Source: an uncultured virus (IMG/VR IMGVR_UViG_3300011223_000002)
Taxonomy: Duplodnaviria > Heunggongvirae > Uroviricota > Caudoviricetes
IMG/VR virus record: IMGVR_UViG_3300011223_000002
Location: 1 to 64,000 of that record
Length of the DNA stretch: 64,000 nt
Direction: 5' to 3' (one strand)
The notes under the pieces were generated by a model. The model was not told the origin of the DNA and did not search any database. It was given only the letters and a program-made list of their open reading frames with translations. Of this stretch, positions 10,897-20,777 are shown one piece after another. Made by a program: the position numbers and the translations under genes. Position 1 is the first letter of the stretch; each line of letters begins with the position of its first letter.

Positions 10897-11337
10897 TTAT
10901 GATTCAGAGGGCGGGGTATCCACCTTTTTAGACAATCGGGACTCAGTTACGATCCGGATTGTTTCACTCACGGTGATCACTTCACCATTCTCGTCGGTGA
11001 CCTCGATGGTGATCTTGCAGGTACGTGCCCGTAGGATTGACAGCCCTTCCAAGAGTTTAGGAAAGGTCAAGGTTGGTTTCTGAAAGAACGTTTCCTTGAT
11101 GTTACCTTGGCGGGTGGTGCGTTCGATCTTAGCCTTTTCAGGATCCTCAGTGGTTACTACCCAAGACAAGTAATTCCTGAGGTAGGCGTTCCACTTGGTA
11201 GGGTTCATGTCCAGCTTGTTCAGCAGTTGACGAAACAAGCGCGCGCATGGGTCCAGTAACCCCTCATCAGGAACATACTTTTTGAGGGATATTTGTTCAA
11301 GGCGGTTAGATCTTAGTTTACGCTGTCCTTTTTCCAT
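10897..11337 (-). CDS. Hypothetical protein
   Basis: Start MEKGQR with GGAG RBS; overlaps the end of the upstream gene. Confidence 0.6.
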   Translation of the reverse strand: MEKGQRKLRSNRLEQISLKKYVPDEGLLDPCARLFRQLLNKLDMNPTKWNAYLRNYLSWVVTTEDPEKAKIERTTRQGNIKETFFQKPTLTFPKLLEGLSILRARTCKITIEVTDENGEVITVSETIRIVTESRLSKKVDTPPSES

Positions 11338-11929
11338 CGGTCTCTCCAAGACGCTGGCGCAGCAGCAAAGTTACAACTTCAATAAGGTCAAAGACCAGGT
11401 AACGTAACCAAACAGAACCCAAGAACGTCTCAGTGGATTCAGAGAGTTCAGGCTGTTCGTCTATCTGCTCTTGAGCGGTTCCGGGTATTGGGAAATACAG
11501 GCAGTACACCGCGAGCAGTTTGGTGCCGTCTGTTATGAAGGCTTGCAAACTCTCTACGTTGGTGCACCAATCTAAAAAACTTCTGTATGCGACCTGCGGC
11601 GAGGGGTTGAAATAGAAGTAGTGTGAGAAATGAACACCTCTCAACAAGACGTCCAGCATCTCTACGCCATCACTGGAAGACTTTATGTTGGCGGTAATGG
11701 GTATGCCAAGGTAATCCCTTGGATTCATCTCAGAGGGCACCTGGAAGCCCTGTAAGCAATCGTATAGGGCATGAACCTGCCCCTGGAAGGTAAACCCTTG
11801 CTTGTTGAAGCCTTCACGTATCGACGCCAGGCGATCAACGGTTAATTGATCCAACTTCTTTTGGTACCGCTTTCCAATAAGAGGAAAGCGTGACAACCCC
11901 CGCAACACTTTGCCACTAAAGAAACTCAT
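11318..11929 (-). CDS. Hypothetical protein
   Basis: 203 aa, AGGAG RBS, preceded by the early-promoter-like motif. Confidence 0.65.
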   Translation of the reverse strand: MSFFSGKVLRGLSRFPLIGKRYQKKLDQLTVDRLASIREGFNKQGFTFQGQVHALYDCLQGFQVPSEMNPRDYLGIPITANIKSSSDGVEMLDVLLRGVHFSHYFYFNPSPQVAYRSFLDWCTNVESLQAFITDGTKLLAVYCLYFPIPGTAQEQIDEQPELSESTETFLGSVWLRYLVFDLIEVVTLLLRQRLGETDGKRTA

Positions 11930-11966
11930 TGGCGTTTGCTCCTAAGCTCTTGCCTTATTCACACTA

Positions 11967-11985
11967 GTAATGTAGGTTTAAAAAA
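11967..11985 (-). promoter_or_regulatory. Phage early-promoter-like motif (copy 1)
   Basis: Minus strand TTTTTTAAACCTACATTAC; one of six intergenic copies, all upstream of minus-strand genes. Confidence 0.65.
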
Positions 11986-11987
11986 TT

Positions 11988-12503
11988 ATGGAAGACACCG
12001 GATCGTTTGAAGACAGTAAGAAAGCGTCCGGGTTGGACATGGACCAGATGACCGTTTTGCTCGACGCCCTCAAAATGGCTATGGACCCCAACCTCGAAGA
12101 CGAAGAACAAGCCAAGCTGGTCGAAGTCATCCAGAAGAACCGCGCGTTTATCCTGCAATATGCGATGACTGCATATCTGAATAACCCTAAGAGTGCCAGC
12201 TTGCTGGAAGGGGTTAACCAGATCTTTGGCCAGATCGAGAAAGCGGTACGGGATGACCGTAAAGAACGCGCCAAGAAGAAAGAGAACGAGGGCAACCGGC
12301 TGGCGTTTAACCAGATGCTTGAAGCGATGCAGCATATTCAGGACGGAACGGTAAAACTGCCACAGTTCGATTTCACAGACTTTATTCTGGACCCAAGCAA
12401 GAGTTTGCTGACGCCGGAGGAAAGCCGTAACATCGAACCCATCAAAGACGATGAGCTGGTGCAAGGCAACATTCCTGTGGATGTCAACGGCGATCGTGTT
12501 TAA
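11988..12503 (+). CDS. Hypothetical protein (acidic, helical)
   Basis: 171 aa with phage-like codon usage, ending before a strong hairpin. Confidence 0.65.
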   Translation: MEDTGSFEDSKKASGLDMDQMTVLLDALKMAMDPNLEDEEQAKLVEVIQKNRAFILQYAMTAYLNNPKSASLLEGVNQIFGQIEKAVRDDRKERAKKKENEGNRLAFNQMLEAMQHIQDGTVKLPQFDFTDFILDPSKSLLTPEESRNIEPIKDDELVQGNIPVDVNGDRV

Positions 12504-12544
12504 CCCCGTGGGTAGCAATAAGCATGGTTCCAGTAGTACAATTA

Positions 12545-12584
12545 TAATACTAACCGAACGGGGCGACCCGTTCGGTTAGTATTA
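12545..12584. terminator. Bidirectional terminator hairpin
   Basis: Perfect 18-bp stem TAATACTAACCGAACGGG / CCCGTTCGGTTAGTATTA with GCGA loop, between convergent genes. Confidence 0.8.
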
Positions 12585-12589
12585 GGAGA

Positions 12590-13360
12590 TTACGCGTAGT
12601 CATAAAGCGAGTGACGCACCGGCATCGTTCTCAGATGAGACAACAGCGCAAACGATTGGGCGAACAAGATCTCGTACGGAGACCCGATCAGCTCATCAGT
12701 TGCTTCCCGTTGAATATCCGGCACCAAGAAACAGACATTGGGGATGGGTTCATTTTCCAGCGCTTCGGCGAAGACCTTGTAATCACCCAGGAAGAAGTCG
12801 TACTTGAAGACGTAGTCGAATGGGCGATAGAACCGAGGCGTTACCGTCTTGGTGTCCACGCTTGATGCTTTAACTTCAACACGACCCCCGAACCAGTCCT
12901 GTACGCACCCCACGAGTTCTGCTGTTAAGGCTTCGTCGCAAACATACGGGTGGGTATTGATGTTGAGGACAACCCCGCTGATCTCAATAGGCTTATCGGT
13001 CAACTGTTCCTGATCGATAATAACCTTCATCATGTCCTGGGTGAAGCTGGTAGGGTAGAAACCGTATCGCCAGTCGGCTACCGAGCGTTCCTTAAACAAC
13101 TGCTCGAACACTGCGCGTGTCAACCCAAACGATGGGAAGTTGAAGTGATCGAACTTACGCTCGCGGTAGTTTTTAGCGATGTGCATTTCCCACAGGTCGT
13201 CACCCTGCATCCGCCGATCGGTGATGTAGGCTTCGAATTGGGCATCCGACAGGTTGGCCTCGTCCTGGTGAAGGTGGCGGGTCATCCATTTCTGAATAAT
13301 GGCCCGCCGTGCATCGAAGAGGGTGTCGATCTCCGCGTACACTTCAATCGTCTTGTTCAT
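12590..13360 (-). CDS. Conserved jumbo-phage hypothetical protein (possible degenerate HAD-like N-terminus)
   Basis: 256 aa, N-terminal VYAEIDTLFD, in an operon with the RNAP subunit. Confidence 0.55.
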   Translation of the reverse strand: MNKTIEVYAEIDTLFDARRAIIQKWMTRHLHQDEANLSDAQFEAYITDRRMQGDDLWEMHIAKNYRERKFDHFNFPSFGLTRAVFEQLFKERSVADWRYGFYPTSFTQDMMKVIIDQEQLTDKPIEISGVVLNINTHPYVCDEALTAELVGCVQDWFGGRVEVKASSVDTKTVTPRFYRPFDYVFKYDFFLGDYKVFAEALENEPIPNVCFLVPDIQREATDELIGSPYEILFAQSFALLSHLRTMPVRHSLYDYA

Positions 13361-13784
13361 GTGTCAACACATCCCCGTAGACCTGAAAAGCCAATGCCAC
13401 GTAAAAGCTGCGAGCCTCTCCCGCAGGGACATCGATATTTGCAATGTCCCCGTCGGGTGTTTGACTGAAGATACTGACCATTTTCTTGTGCAATTCCATC
13501 AGCGCATCCTCGCTATCACCCAGCGCCGTGAGAACACGAATCTGCAAGTACACCCAGCGGTTATAGATGTCTGCATTTGCCTTAACTTCCCTCATGAAAC
13601 CGTTGTAGGCTTCAACAAAGGTTGTCAAAGGACGGCGGCTCATGGCACGCAACCGAACCACGATCTGCAGATCGCGTTCATCCCCATCAGCAATGGCCTT
13701 AGTAATCCTCAGCAGGTCTTGAACAACAACCCGTTGGAGCAATTGCAGTGGGGATTCCTGAGCGGGTTCAATAAATTCCATCAT
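13344..13784 (-). CDS. Hypothetical protein
   Basis: 146 aa, AAGGA RBS, tightly packed in the operon. Confidence 0.6.
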   Translation of the reverse strand: MMEFIEPAQESPLQLLQRVVVQDLLRITKAIADGDERDLQIVVRLRAMSRRPLTTFVEAYNGFMREVKANADIYNRWVYLQIRVLTALGDSEDALMELHKKMVSIFSQTPDGDIANIDVPAGEARSFYVALAFQVYGDVLTHEQDD

Positions 13785-13796
13785 GGTAGGGGTTCC

Positions 13797-14495
13797 TTAG
13801 ACCAACCGAGAGGGCATGGTTTTCTCAGGGAGGTTGGTGTCAATCAGGCGACCGCGTAGCAGGTGATGAATGGTGCTCAGAACCTTGGTCCCCGATCCCT
13901 TACGCAGACTACCCGCCGTAGTGGTACGACCCGTGGTCAGCAGGTCATTCTTGTAGGCCTTCAAGGCGTCGTGGTCACCGCCCTTGACGTTGTACAGCTC
14001 GTTGGCAAGGGATGTTAATCCGAGTCCGCGCAATACTGCAATCTCAGGACCCGAAATACCGGTGGCGCGCGAATCACCCATCGGCTGACCTGTCAAGTCG
14101 TCAATGTCATTGTCGTGCCGAGCGGCACTGAACTTCTTGGCCTGCATCTGCCGTTGCTTGCGTGCCTCAGCGCGGCCCACGATGACTTTGTGAGGTGAAA
14201 GGGATTTGATCTTGGTGTCTTCGTCGTAGATCACCAGACGTTGCATGATCGGGATCTCAGACTGTTCGCAAAGCTTCAGCAGGTCATTGAAGACCAACTT
14301 TTCTTCGCGAACATAGTTGCTGGCGAACAATGCCAGCGAGTTACCCTTCTCGCAGAACACAATCAGGGCTTCCAGTTGTTCGTCACTCAGGGCAGCAAAC
14401 AGGCGCTTGTAAATAACGCCATTACCCCCACCGCGTGTAACAGGTGTAAAGTGCTTGAGGACATACGCCTCGAAACCTTTTCGATTACCGAGCAT
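13797..14495 (-). CDS. Virion RNA polymerase beta subunit, C-terminal part (phiKZ gp149-like)
   Basis: DDLTGQP-x-GDSRATGISGPE...ANELYNVKGGD matches the RpoB C-terminal pattern TQQP..G...GEME..L.E.LT.KSDD. Split RNAP subunits are typical of phiKZ-like phages. Confidence 0.75.
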   Translation of the reverse strand: MLGNRKGFEAYVLKHFTPVTRGGGNGVIYKRLFAALSDEQLEALIVFCEKGNSLALFASNYVREEKLVFNDLLKLCEQSEIPIMQRLVIYDEDTKIKSLSPHKVIVGRAEARKQRQMQAKKFSAARHDNDIDDLTGQPMGDSRATGISGPEIAVLRGLGLTSLANELYNVKGGDHDALKAYKNDLLTTGRTTTAGSLRKGSGTKVLSTIHHLLRGRLIDTNLPEKTMPSRLV

Positions 14496-14499
14496 GGCA

Positions 14500-14877
14500 T
14501 TAATCCCGGCGTCTGTATTTGTAGGTGGTGTAGGTCTTGTTCATTCCGGTCGTTACATCCCGTGCGGCTGCAATGAACTGGTCCTTGTCAGAGATGCTGA
14601 TGGTGATCATCTCGTCGAACAGAATAGACGAGTTCTCCAGTGTTTGACTGAAGAGGGTTTTATTGCGGTCCGTTACTTCAATAACAGGCAGCGTGTTGTC
14701 CACACTACTCAGTCCGTAAGCACCACTCACCGTGCACAAGGTAACGATCCCCTGACGCAGCTTAGGGATGCGTTCCTTCAGGTCTTCGATATACGTCTGT
14801 GGGTCAACACAGAGGTTGCGGAAGTTACGGTCAGCGACGAGCAGAATAGTGATGAAGCTGTCTTCAATGGGTTCCAT
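14500..14877 (-). CDS. Hypothetical protein
   Basis: 125 aa, AAGGA RBS, 4 nt from the next gene. Confidence 0.6.
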   Translation of the reverse strand: MEPIEDSFITILLVADRNFRNLCVDPQTYIEDLKERIPKLRQGIVTLCTVSGAYGLSSVDNTLPVIEVTDRNKTLFSQTLENSSILFDEMITISISDKDQFIAAARDVTTGMNKTYTTYKYRRRD

Positions 14878-14943
14878 CGACGGACGTCCTTATAGGTGGA
14901 AGTGAGAAGTCAAGCCTCAGGAGACTTCCCACCTCCTAATGTA

Positions 14944-16413
14944 TTAAACCACAGCTTTAGGCGCGCCAGGCTCCATCCAGTAGGGCTTGCGCTCGCCAAT
15001 GGCGATACGAATCAGTTCGTACGTGGTCACGGTGTACTTGTCGATTTCCGGGTTGGTGAACCAGTAGTCAACGGTGTTTTCGAGAATGTCGTTCCAATCA
15101 CCACCGTTCGCAGTGACCCCTTCAAACAGTTGCTGTGGGGTCAGGCGGTACTTGGCGGGTTGAGTCAGCCAGAAGGTGTTCATGAACCAGAGGTGGTAGA
15201 TGATGGTCAGCGCCCGGACGAACTTGCGGTCTTCAAGGGTCTTTTCCCATACCGTGGTACGACCCACTTTACATTCCGGGTAGATGACCACGTTGTGGCT
15301 ACGATCAGAACCATCCAGGCCGTAGTATTTGGAGGTCTTCAGAACATGGTACATCGTCAGCCCTTCTTGGATACCCATGGACTGGGAACCAATGAAGAAT
15401 GCACTGACACCCGACATCCCTGCCTTGTTACGGTAGGGCTGGTTGTTGTAGTACATGAGGTCCGGGATTTCCTTGGCGTCCGCGGAGGTATCGGCATCCT
15501 TACCAAACGGATTGGGATAGAGCCATTCCTGACCACCGGTACCGCCTTTGAGTACCGAGCCTTTGATGATCTCATGACCGATCTGTGGCAGACGCAAGAG
15601 TGACCTTGGCGCTTTCAGCTTCTTACCCGGTCGAATGAAGATCGACTCTTTCTCTTCTGGACGACCGGTCAGGTTGATTTTGTCAACCACCTGAGCCAGC
15701 CAGCACTGGTAGACACCGGCACCGCCACCCAGGATATCCGCATCTTCATAGACAACACGACGCATATTGCCGATGGCCAGGTCACGGGTGCGCTTTTCAC
15801 CGCCGTCATCAACGTTACCTTCCTGGAAGTGTTCGGACACCTTCTTAAAAGGCATCTCGGAAAGAGAATCGACAATAACCATGATCGGTGTGATGATCTT
15901 GATGCGCTTGCCATCCTTACCGAGGTAAGGAGTCGACATCATGATGTCATCGCCACGTTTACGCGCTTCTTTGACTTGTGCCGCCAGCCACTTGAACTTC
16001 TCGTGAACAAAGGTACCGTCGCACGGGTTGTCAATGTCGTTGCGGGAGAAGTAGAAGAAGCGTTTGTCGAGGATGTGTTCCATGAAGTAGCCAGGAATCC
16101 CACACTCGTAGTCGTAGGCCTCGGCAATACGATCCACTTCCAGCGTAGCTTCGATGTCCATGTAGAACACCGCCGAACCTGCATAACGGTAGAGGAAGCG
16201 TACTACTTTCTTTACAGCCATGCCGGTCTTTTGCGTGTTGTTACCACCGACAACCGATTCGTTACGGCAAGTCCCGCCGTTGCCGTAGGAGATGTCGTTG
16301 TTGCCTTTGACGATTGCCATGTTCAGCATGTCGAACACAGGTGAAAACGGGAGGTCCGGGATCACCGAATCCGACGATTCCAAACCGCTAAGAAACCCGA
16401 GAGGTGTGCTCAT
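14944..16413 (-). CDS. uvsX: UvsX/RecA-like recombinase
   Basis: Walker A variant GGNNTQKT, FYMDIE, Walker B VIVDSLS; synteny with the vRNAP subunit and RNase H-like gene as in phiKZ-like phages. Confidence 0.75.
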   Translation of the reverse strand: MSTPLGFLSGLESSDSVIPDLPFSPVFDMLNMAIVKGNNDISYGNGGTCRNESVVGGNNTQKTGMAVKKVVRFLYRYAGSAVFYMDIEATLEVDRIAEAYDYECGIPGYFMEHILDKRFFYFSRNDIDNPCDGTFVHEKFKWLAAQVKEARKRGDDIMMSTPYLGKDGKRIKIITPIMVIVDSLSEMPFKKVSEHFQEGNVDDGGEKRTRDLAIGNMRRVVYEDADILGGGAGVYQCWLAQVVDKINLTGRPEEKESIFIRPGKKLKAPRSLLRLPQIGHEIIKGSVLKGGTGGQEWLYPNPFGKDADTSADAKEIPDLMYYNNQPYRNKAGMSGVSAFFIGSQSMGIQEGLTMYHVLKTSKYYGLDGSDRSHNVVIYPECKVGRTTVWEKTLEDRKFVRALTIIYHLWFMNTFWLTQPAKYRLTPQQLFEGVTANGGDWNDILENTVDYWFTNPEIDKYTVTTYELIRIAIGERKPYWMEPGAPKAVV

Positions 16414-16525
16414 ATTGTGCAATGCCCTAGTGTATATTATGAACTTTAACTAGAGGGGAGTTATTCCCCGTCTATAGTGGGTCAAAAGCAAACCCATCCC
16501 AACTATATTGATACCGAGGTCAGTG

Positions 16526-17326
16526 ATGGAAAATTACGTTCAGTTGGTCAAAGAACGCGAGCTGATGAAAATCATCGGCAACGAGAAACTCAGTGTTACC
16601 GAAAGCTTCGATTTGTTCCTGACCGAATTCGGTCGTACCGTGGATCGCCGTCTTGCCAGCTTTGCCGGATCGGTCCATAAAGTTGACGTCGATCGCCTGC
16701 GTAAAGCCGTTACCTCACGCACGATCAACTTCGTCAAAAACGCCGGGGTCGATCTGCCTGTCCCTCATCTGTACGAACCCGGCCTTGCCAGCATGATGGC
16801 GTACAGCAAAGGGGTTACCTCGGGCGTATTCCTCATCAGCAGCTTGAAAACCGAATCGGTAAGACTATACGATTGGTTGAAGCAACTGATTCGTCTGGGT
16901 CGTCCTGAAACCAGTTTCCGCTGGTCCATTTCCAACTTCGACACCGCGGTGGATCGTGCTGAAGGATTCGTCAAGTCGCTGCCAGAAGAAGGCCGTGCCA
17001 AGAGTTTCCCGATGGGTAAGGTCTACCTGAACTTCGGCGAGATGCAGGAGATCATGACCGGCTATAACGCCCAGGCCAACCTGCTGAGTGCACGTGACGT
17101 CGAACTCACTTCACGTCAAATGACCGATGTCTACGAACTGGGTCAACTGTTGGTGAAGAAGATCAAAAACAACGACATCATCCTGGATCAGAACCACATC
17201 ATCGAGGTCGAGTCGATCCTGAATCGTTTCGTCGACTTGGTGACCCTGTGTGGTGCGTTGATGACCCTCATGAACGAACTCTGTGCCGTGTTCAAAGCAC
17301 AGATTGACCAAGTCAGCAAGATGTAA
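16526..17326 (+). CDS. Probable virion protein (phiKZ gp153-like position)
   Basis: Start MENYVQ with GAGG RBS; lies between uvsX and the RNase H-like gene. Confidence 0.55.
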   Translation: MENYVQLVKERELMKIIGNEKLSVTESFDLFLTEFGRTVDRRLASFAGSVHKVDVDRLRKAVTSRTINFVKNAGVDLPVPHLYEPGLASMMAYSKGVTSGVFLISSLKTESVRLYDWLKQLIRLGRPETSFRWSISNFDTAVDRAEGFVKSLPEEGRAKSFPMGKVYLNFGEMQEIMTGYNAQANLLSARDVELTSRQMTDVYELGQLLVKKIKNNDIILDQNHIIEVESILNRFVDLVTLCGALMTLMNELCAVFKAQIDQVSKM

Positions 17327-17348
17327 CAAAGCAGCATAAACCCATAGA

Positions 17349-17376
17349 CTACTAGGAGGGACATCCCTCCTAGTAG
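17349..17376. terminator. Terminator hairpin between convergent genes
   Basis: CTACTAGGAGGGA-ca-TCCCTCCTAGTAG. Confidence 0.7.
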
Positions 17377-17395
17377 CTATAAGTGCGTTATAGGG

Positions 17396-18874
17396 TTATT
17401 CCGAGGTTTTACCCAACTCCGACAGTGTCAACACACGCAGGTTGCTAACCGCAGCACTCTGGATGTAGATAAAGTCCTCAGTCTCTACCAACGACGCATA
17501 GCGAAGCCCTTGCGGGTTTCGTGTGTCAGTGACCACCCAAACCTTGACCTTGGGATCGCTCACACTGTTAAAGCTGTTGCGGTCTGGCAGATCATAGCCA
17601 ATCGACAGACGGATGGGAACCAACCGCTTTGAATTGGGGTGGACAACTTTCAGGGTGAAAATAGAACGGGTCTGCGTGAAGTCCGGGTGGATCTTCAGTT
17701 TCTCCACACCCTTGCCGTTCGTCTCCACCGTGTAGATCTGATCGGTGATGTCATAGAACGTCGAGTAACCCGATTTGTTTTCTTCGTTGCGTGTTTTAAA
17801 CGCTTCGTAGATCACATCCATTCCCGCATGGAAATCGCGGATACGGTACGACATGTGCACGGGATTGATCAGCTCCAGGACCATTGGACGGTTGTCGTTC
17901 TGCCGGGTCATCGGCGCAAGGAGTTTGTTCTTCTCCATCGGCACACCAGGAACCGTGTTGATCAACCGCGCCATCTCCTTAGAGGTAATGGTGTTCAAGT
18001 CACCTGCCGACAGGTAACCGTCTGTGTTAGGGAGAAGATTCCCTGCCACTTCAAACAACTTGTCCAGCAAAGTGATCGGCTGCTTGGTGTACAGTTTCGA
18101 GTAGGTCACATCAGGTGTGTGTTTACCGTAGTAGCTCTTATCCGGTTCGACTCGACCAAAGGCATACACACGGAACCCATCGACCAACCCTAGGAACGCT
18201 TCACGGTTGGCTGTATCGAAGTACCAACGGCTGGCGTTGACCAACTTGTTGAAGTCACTTTCAGGCTCCTCGTACTGCTTACGCGGGATCCGTTCAATGT
18301 TGACTTCTTTGTTGAAAGACCAGTCGGTCACCACCTGAGCAAGTTCAAGTTGTTTAAAGGCCTGACGGTTCCCCATCCCACCTTCAACCGCACCTGTCAA
18401 GTCGAAGAAGACTTTACTGTCGTTGGCTTCGAGAGTCTTCGCCAGACCTTGAACACGTTCGAGCAACTCGAGTTCTTCAGCCGACAACTCATTGTTGCCC
18501 AGCTTGCCAGTCTTCACCAAGGCGTCCAGCTCTTTGTGCGGCGTGACCACACACAGGTTTTTAGCCTTCGGGTCCGCCAGCATAACCTCAAGCACTTCCA
18601 GGTAACCCGCGAGCAGCGCTTCGACCAAAGAGGCCCGAGAAGCGATGGTCAAGCAGATAATGTCTTGTACGACCACTACGGTGTTAGCTCGCTGGCTGTT
18701 ACCCACGTAGTAGCCTGAAGAAGTCGGGACATCTTTAACGAGCTTTTTCTTGCCAACCTCGTTGATGTCGTAAGTATAGCCATGCCCGCCCAAGCAATGA
18801 GCGTTTTTCTTGACCGATGCTACCCCGGCCAGTAAGTAAACTACAAAGTTTACTGAGGGAATTGTCGCTTCCAT
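17396..18874 (-). CDS. RNase H-fold protein (phiKZ gp155-like), apparently catalytically degenerate
   Basis: GGHGYTY, VEALLAG and GNRQAFKQLELA echo RNase HI motifs; conserved synteny. Confidence 0.55.
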   Translation of the reverse strand: MEATIPSVNFVVYLLAGVASVKKNAHCLGGHGYTYDINEVGKKKLVKDVPTSSGYYVGNSQRANTVVVVQDIICLTIASRASLVEALLAGYLEVLEVMLADPKAKNLCVVTPHKELDALVKTGKLGNNELSAEELELLERVQGLAKTLEANDSKVFFDLTGAVEGGMGNRQAFKQLELAQVVTDWSFNKEVNIERIPRKQYEEPESDFNKLVNASRWYFDTANREAFLGLVDGFRVYAFGRVEPDKSYYGKHTPDVTYSKLYTKQPITLLDKLFEVAGNLLPNTDGYLSAGDLNTITSKEMARLINTVPGVPMEKNKLLAPMTRQNDNRPMVLELINPVHMSYRIRDFHAGMDVIYEAFKTRNEENKSGYSTFYDITDQIYTVETNGKGVEKLKIHPDFTQTRSIFTLKVVHPNSKRLVPIRLSIGYDLPDRNSFNSVSDPKVKVWVVTDTRNPQGLRYASLVETEDFIYIQSAAVSNLRVLTLSELGKTSE

Positions 18875-18932
18875 TTCTTGAACTCGTAAAAGGTGGGTGT
18901 ACGTCTATTAACATACACCCCCTTGTTGAAAT

Positions 18933-19394
18933 TTACTTCCTTGGCACGCACATTTTGAGCAGTGTTTCATTATTCTTCTTCAGCGTCCCGTTCTCTTCGA
19001 GCACCGTTACTAAATGGCCTCGAAGAATTTTGTTTTCTCCCGAATAAGTGTTGGCTTGCTTTGACACAACAACGTACTGGCTCTTCAACGTGTCAAGCTG
19101 TCGGGTCAAGGCATCGTTGATTCGTACAAACTGCGAAATGGGCCCTCCCGGTCCCGACGCCGAATCAAACAACACGTTGATCTTAGACAACCCTATCTCG
19201 GCATCCTCCAGTTCAATGCGCTGATTAAGAATAGTCGAAAGCAGCGTAAAACTGGTGAAAAGTAGCAATGTGATTAACATCACACTGATACGGAGGGCCT
19301 TTGTTAACTGGACCTCCACCGACTCCCCTTTGAAGAACTTTAGTACAAATTCTATGAATCTGTCTGCCATCTCCCTTGCGATACCGTAAACCAT
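18933..19394 (-). CDS. Membrane-anchored coiled-coil protein
   Basis: One TM segment (ISVMLITLLLFTSFTLLSTIL) then heptad repeats; TAAGGA RBS. Confidence 0.6.
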   Translation of the reverse strand: MVYGIAREMADRFIEFVLKFFKGESVEVQLTKALRISVMLITLLLFTSFTLLSTILNQRIELEDAEIGLSKINVLFDSASGPGGPISQFVRINDALTRQLDTLKSQYVVVSKQANTYSGENKILRGHLVTVLEENGTLKKNNETLLKMCVPRK

Positions 19395-19427
19395 GGCCGT
19401 TTTCCTTACATCACCGGTGAGCTATTT

Positions 19428-20774
19428 ATGAGTACTACCTATCTTTCATTTGCGAGCATTGCCAAACTACACAACAACAGTCTACGCGCGGTATCGACGT
19501 TGGGCGAATTGTCCATTAAGTCGACCACCTATGCGAAAGATCCGGGTCGGTACTCGCTCGCTGTTGAAACCGCCAGTGCCACACAACTGGTTAACTTCTA
19601 TACTGATCGTGATGGCGTCGAAGCCACCATGGCGCAATCCATCGCCGACATTCAGATCGGTATTGCTAACTGGTTGTACGCTCAAGCACTGAGCGGGAAC
19701 ATTACCGGTAGCAGTTCTGGCACCCTGAAGTTGTTGCAGATCCAATTCACCAAAGATATCACGTTCGACCAAGTTGGTGAAATGGTCACGAACAACGCCA
19801 TTTGGCTCCCTAGCTTTATCCGAGGCCAACACACGGTAAGTGGTGTTAAACACGACTTCTATCTGTGGTTCGCTGACGCCTACTTCCGGATACAGTACCC
19901 GAAAGTTGTCTTCACGACAGTTCATCCATTGCCAAAGGCAGAGATGGACTGGCTGATGAATGCCGATTATCAGCAGATCGCAGCGCGACTGTTGAAGGAA
20001 ACACCAGCTGTTGTCAGCGCACGCGAACACGCTGCCACCAACGGCTCCGAATGGCCCTTTACCGAACGCAACATTGCCGAGTACGAGATCGTAGACCTCA
20101 TCAACCTTGGCAAAGTCAACATCGGTTCGTGGTCGGTTCTTCACTGGGGTAACAATGTCGAGTCAGAAGATATTCTGGCGGAACAGCTCCAAGCTGAAAT
20201 CCTGAAGGGTTCGAAATATAACCGAACTCAATGGGAAGAAAAGATCCCTGATCTGTTTAACCCGCTGGAATGGTACGCCATGCCCCGCTTTGACATGCTG
20301 GGCATCAAGAACCTTACCACGGGTGCGCGCAGTTATTCGCCGATCGTTGATTACGACGATGCACGCAAGATCACCAACAAGTACCTCCTGCCGTCTATGG
20401 CGTCAGATCACATCATAAAATCCCTCCAGGTCGTCCCGATGCTGTACAAGTCGATCCAGGTTGGCTTTGTAGCGAAGCCTAACAACCGCAAGGGAATGAA
20501 CAAACTGTCAGCGGTTTACCCAGACCTGCAATTAATCCCCTCTCAGGACAGTGACTTCGAAGTCATGAACCCTGCCACCATGGAATTCATCCGTGGGATG
20601 GAAGATCTGATCGCAGCGGCCGAAGTGGTTACCCCCATTTCCCTGCTCCCTGCGGGGATTAACCGGGTTGAACGTTTGAACAAACTCTGCGTTACCAAGC
20701 GTATTGGTCGCGTCAAGTTTGTGATGTTTACCCGTTGGCAGATGTTGCAGGACAAACTGATTCCAGAGGTGTAA
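19428..20774 (+). CDS. Probable virion structural protein
   Basis: 448 aa in the core block; function inferred from context only. Confidence 0.55.
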   Translation: MSTTYLSFASIAKLHNNSLRAVSTLGELSIKSTTYAKDPGRYSLAVETASATQLVNFYTDRDGVEATMAQSIADIQIGIANWLYAQALSGNITGSSSGTLKLLQIQFTKDITFDQVGEMVTNNAIWLPSFIRGQHTVSGVKHDFYLWFADAYFRIQYPKVVFTTVHPLPKAEMDWLMNADYQQIAARLLKETPAVVSAREHAATNGSEWPFTERNIAEYEIVDLINLGKVNIGSWSVLHWGNNVESEDILAEQLQAEILKGSKYNRTQWEEKIPDLFNPLEWYAMPRFDMLGIKNLTTGARSYSPIVDYDDARKITNKYLLPSMASDHIIKSLQVVPMLYKSIQVGFVAKPNNRKGMNKLSAVYPDLQLIPSQDSDFEVMNPATMEFIRGMEDLIAAAEVVTPISLLPAGINRVERLNKLCVTKRIGRVKFVMFTRWQMLQDKLIPEV

Positions 20775-20777
20775 GGT

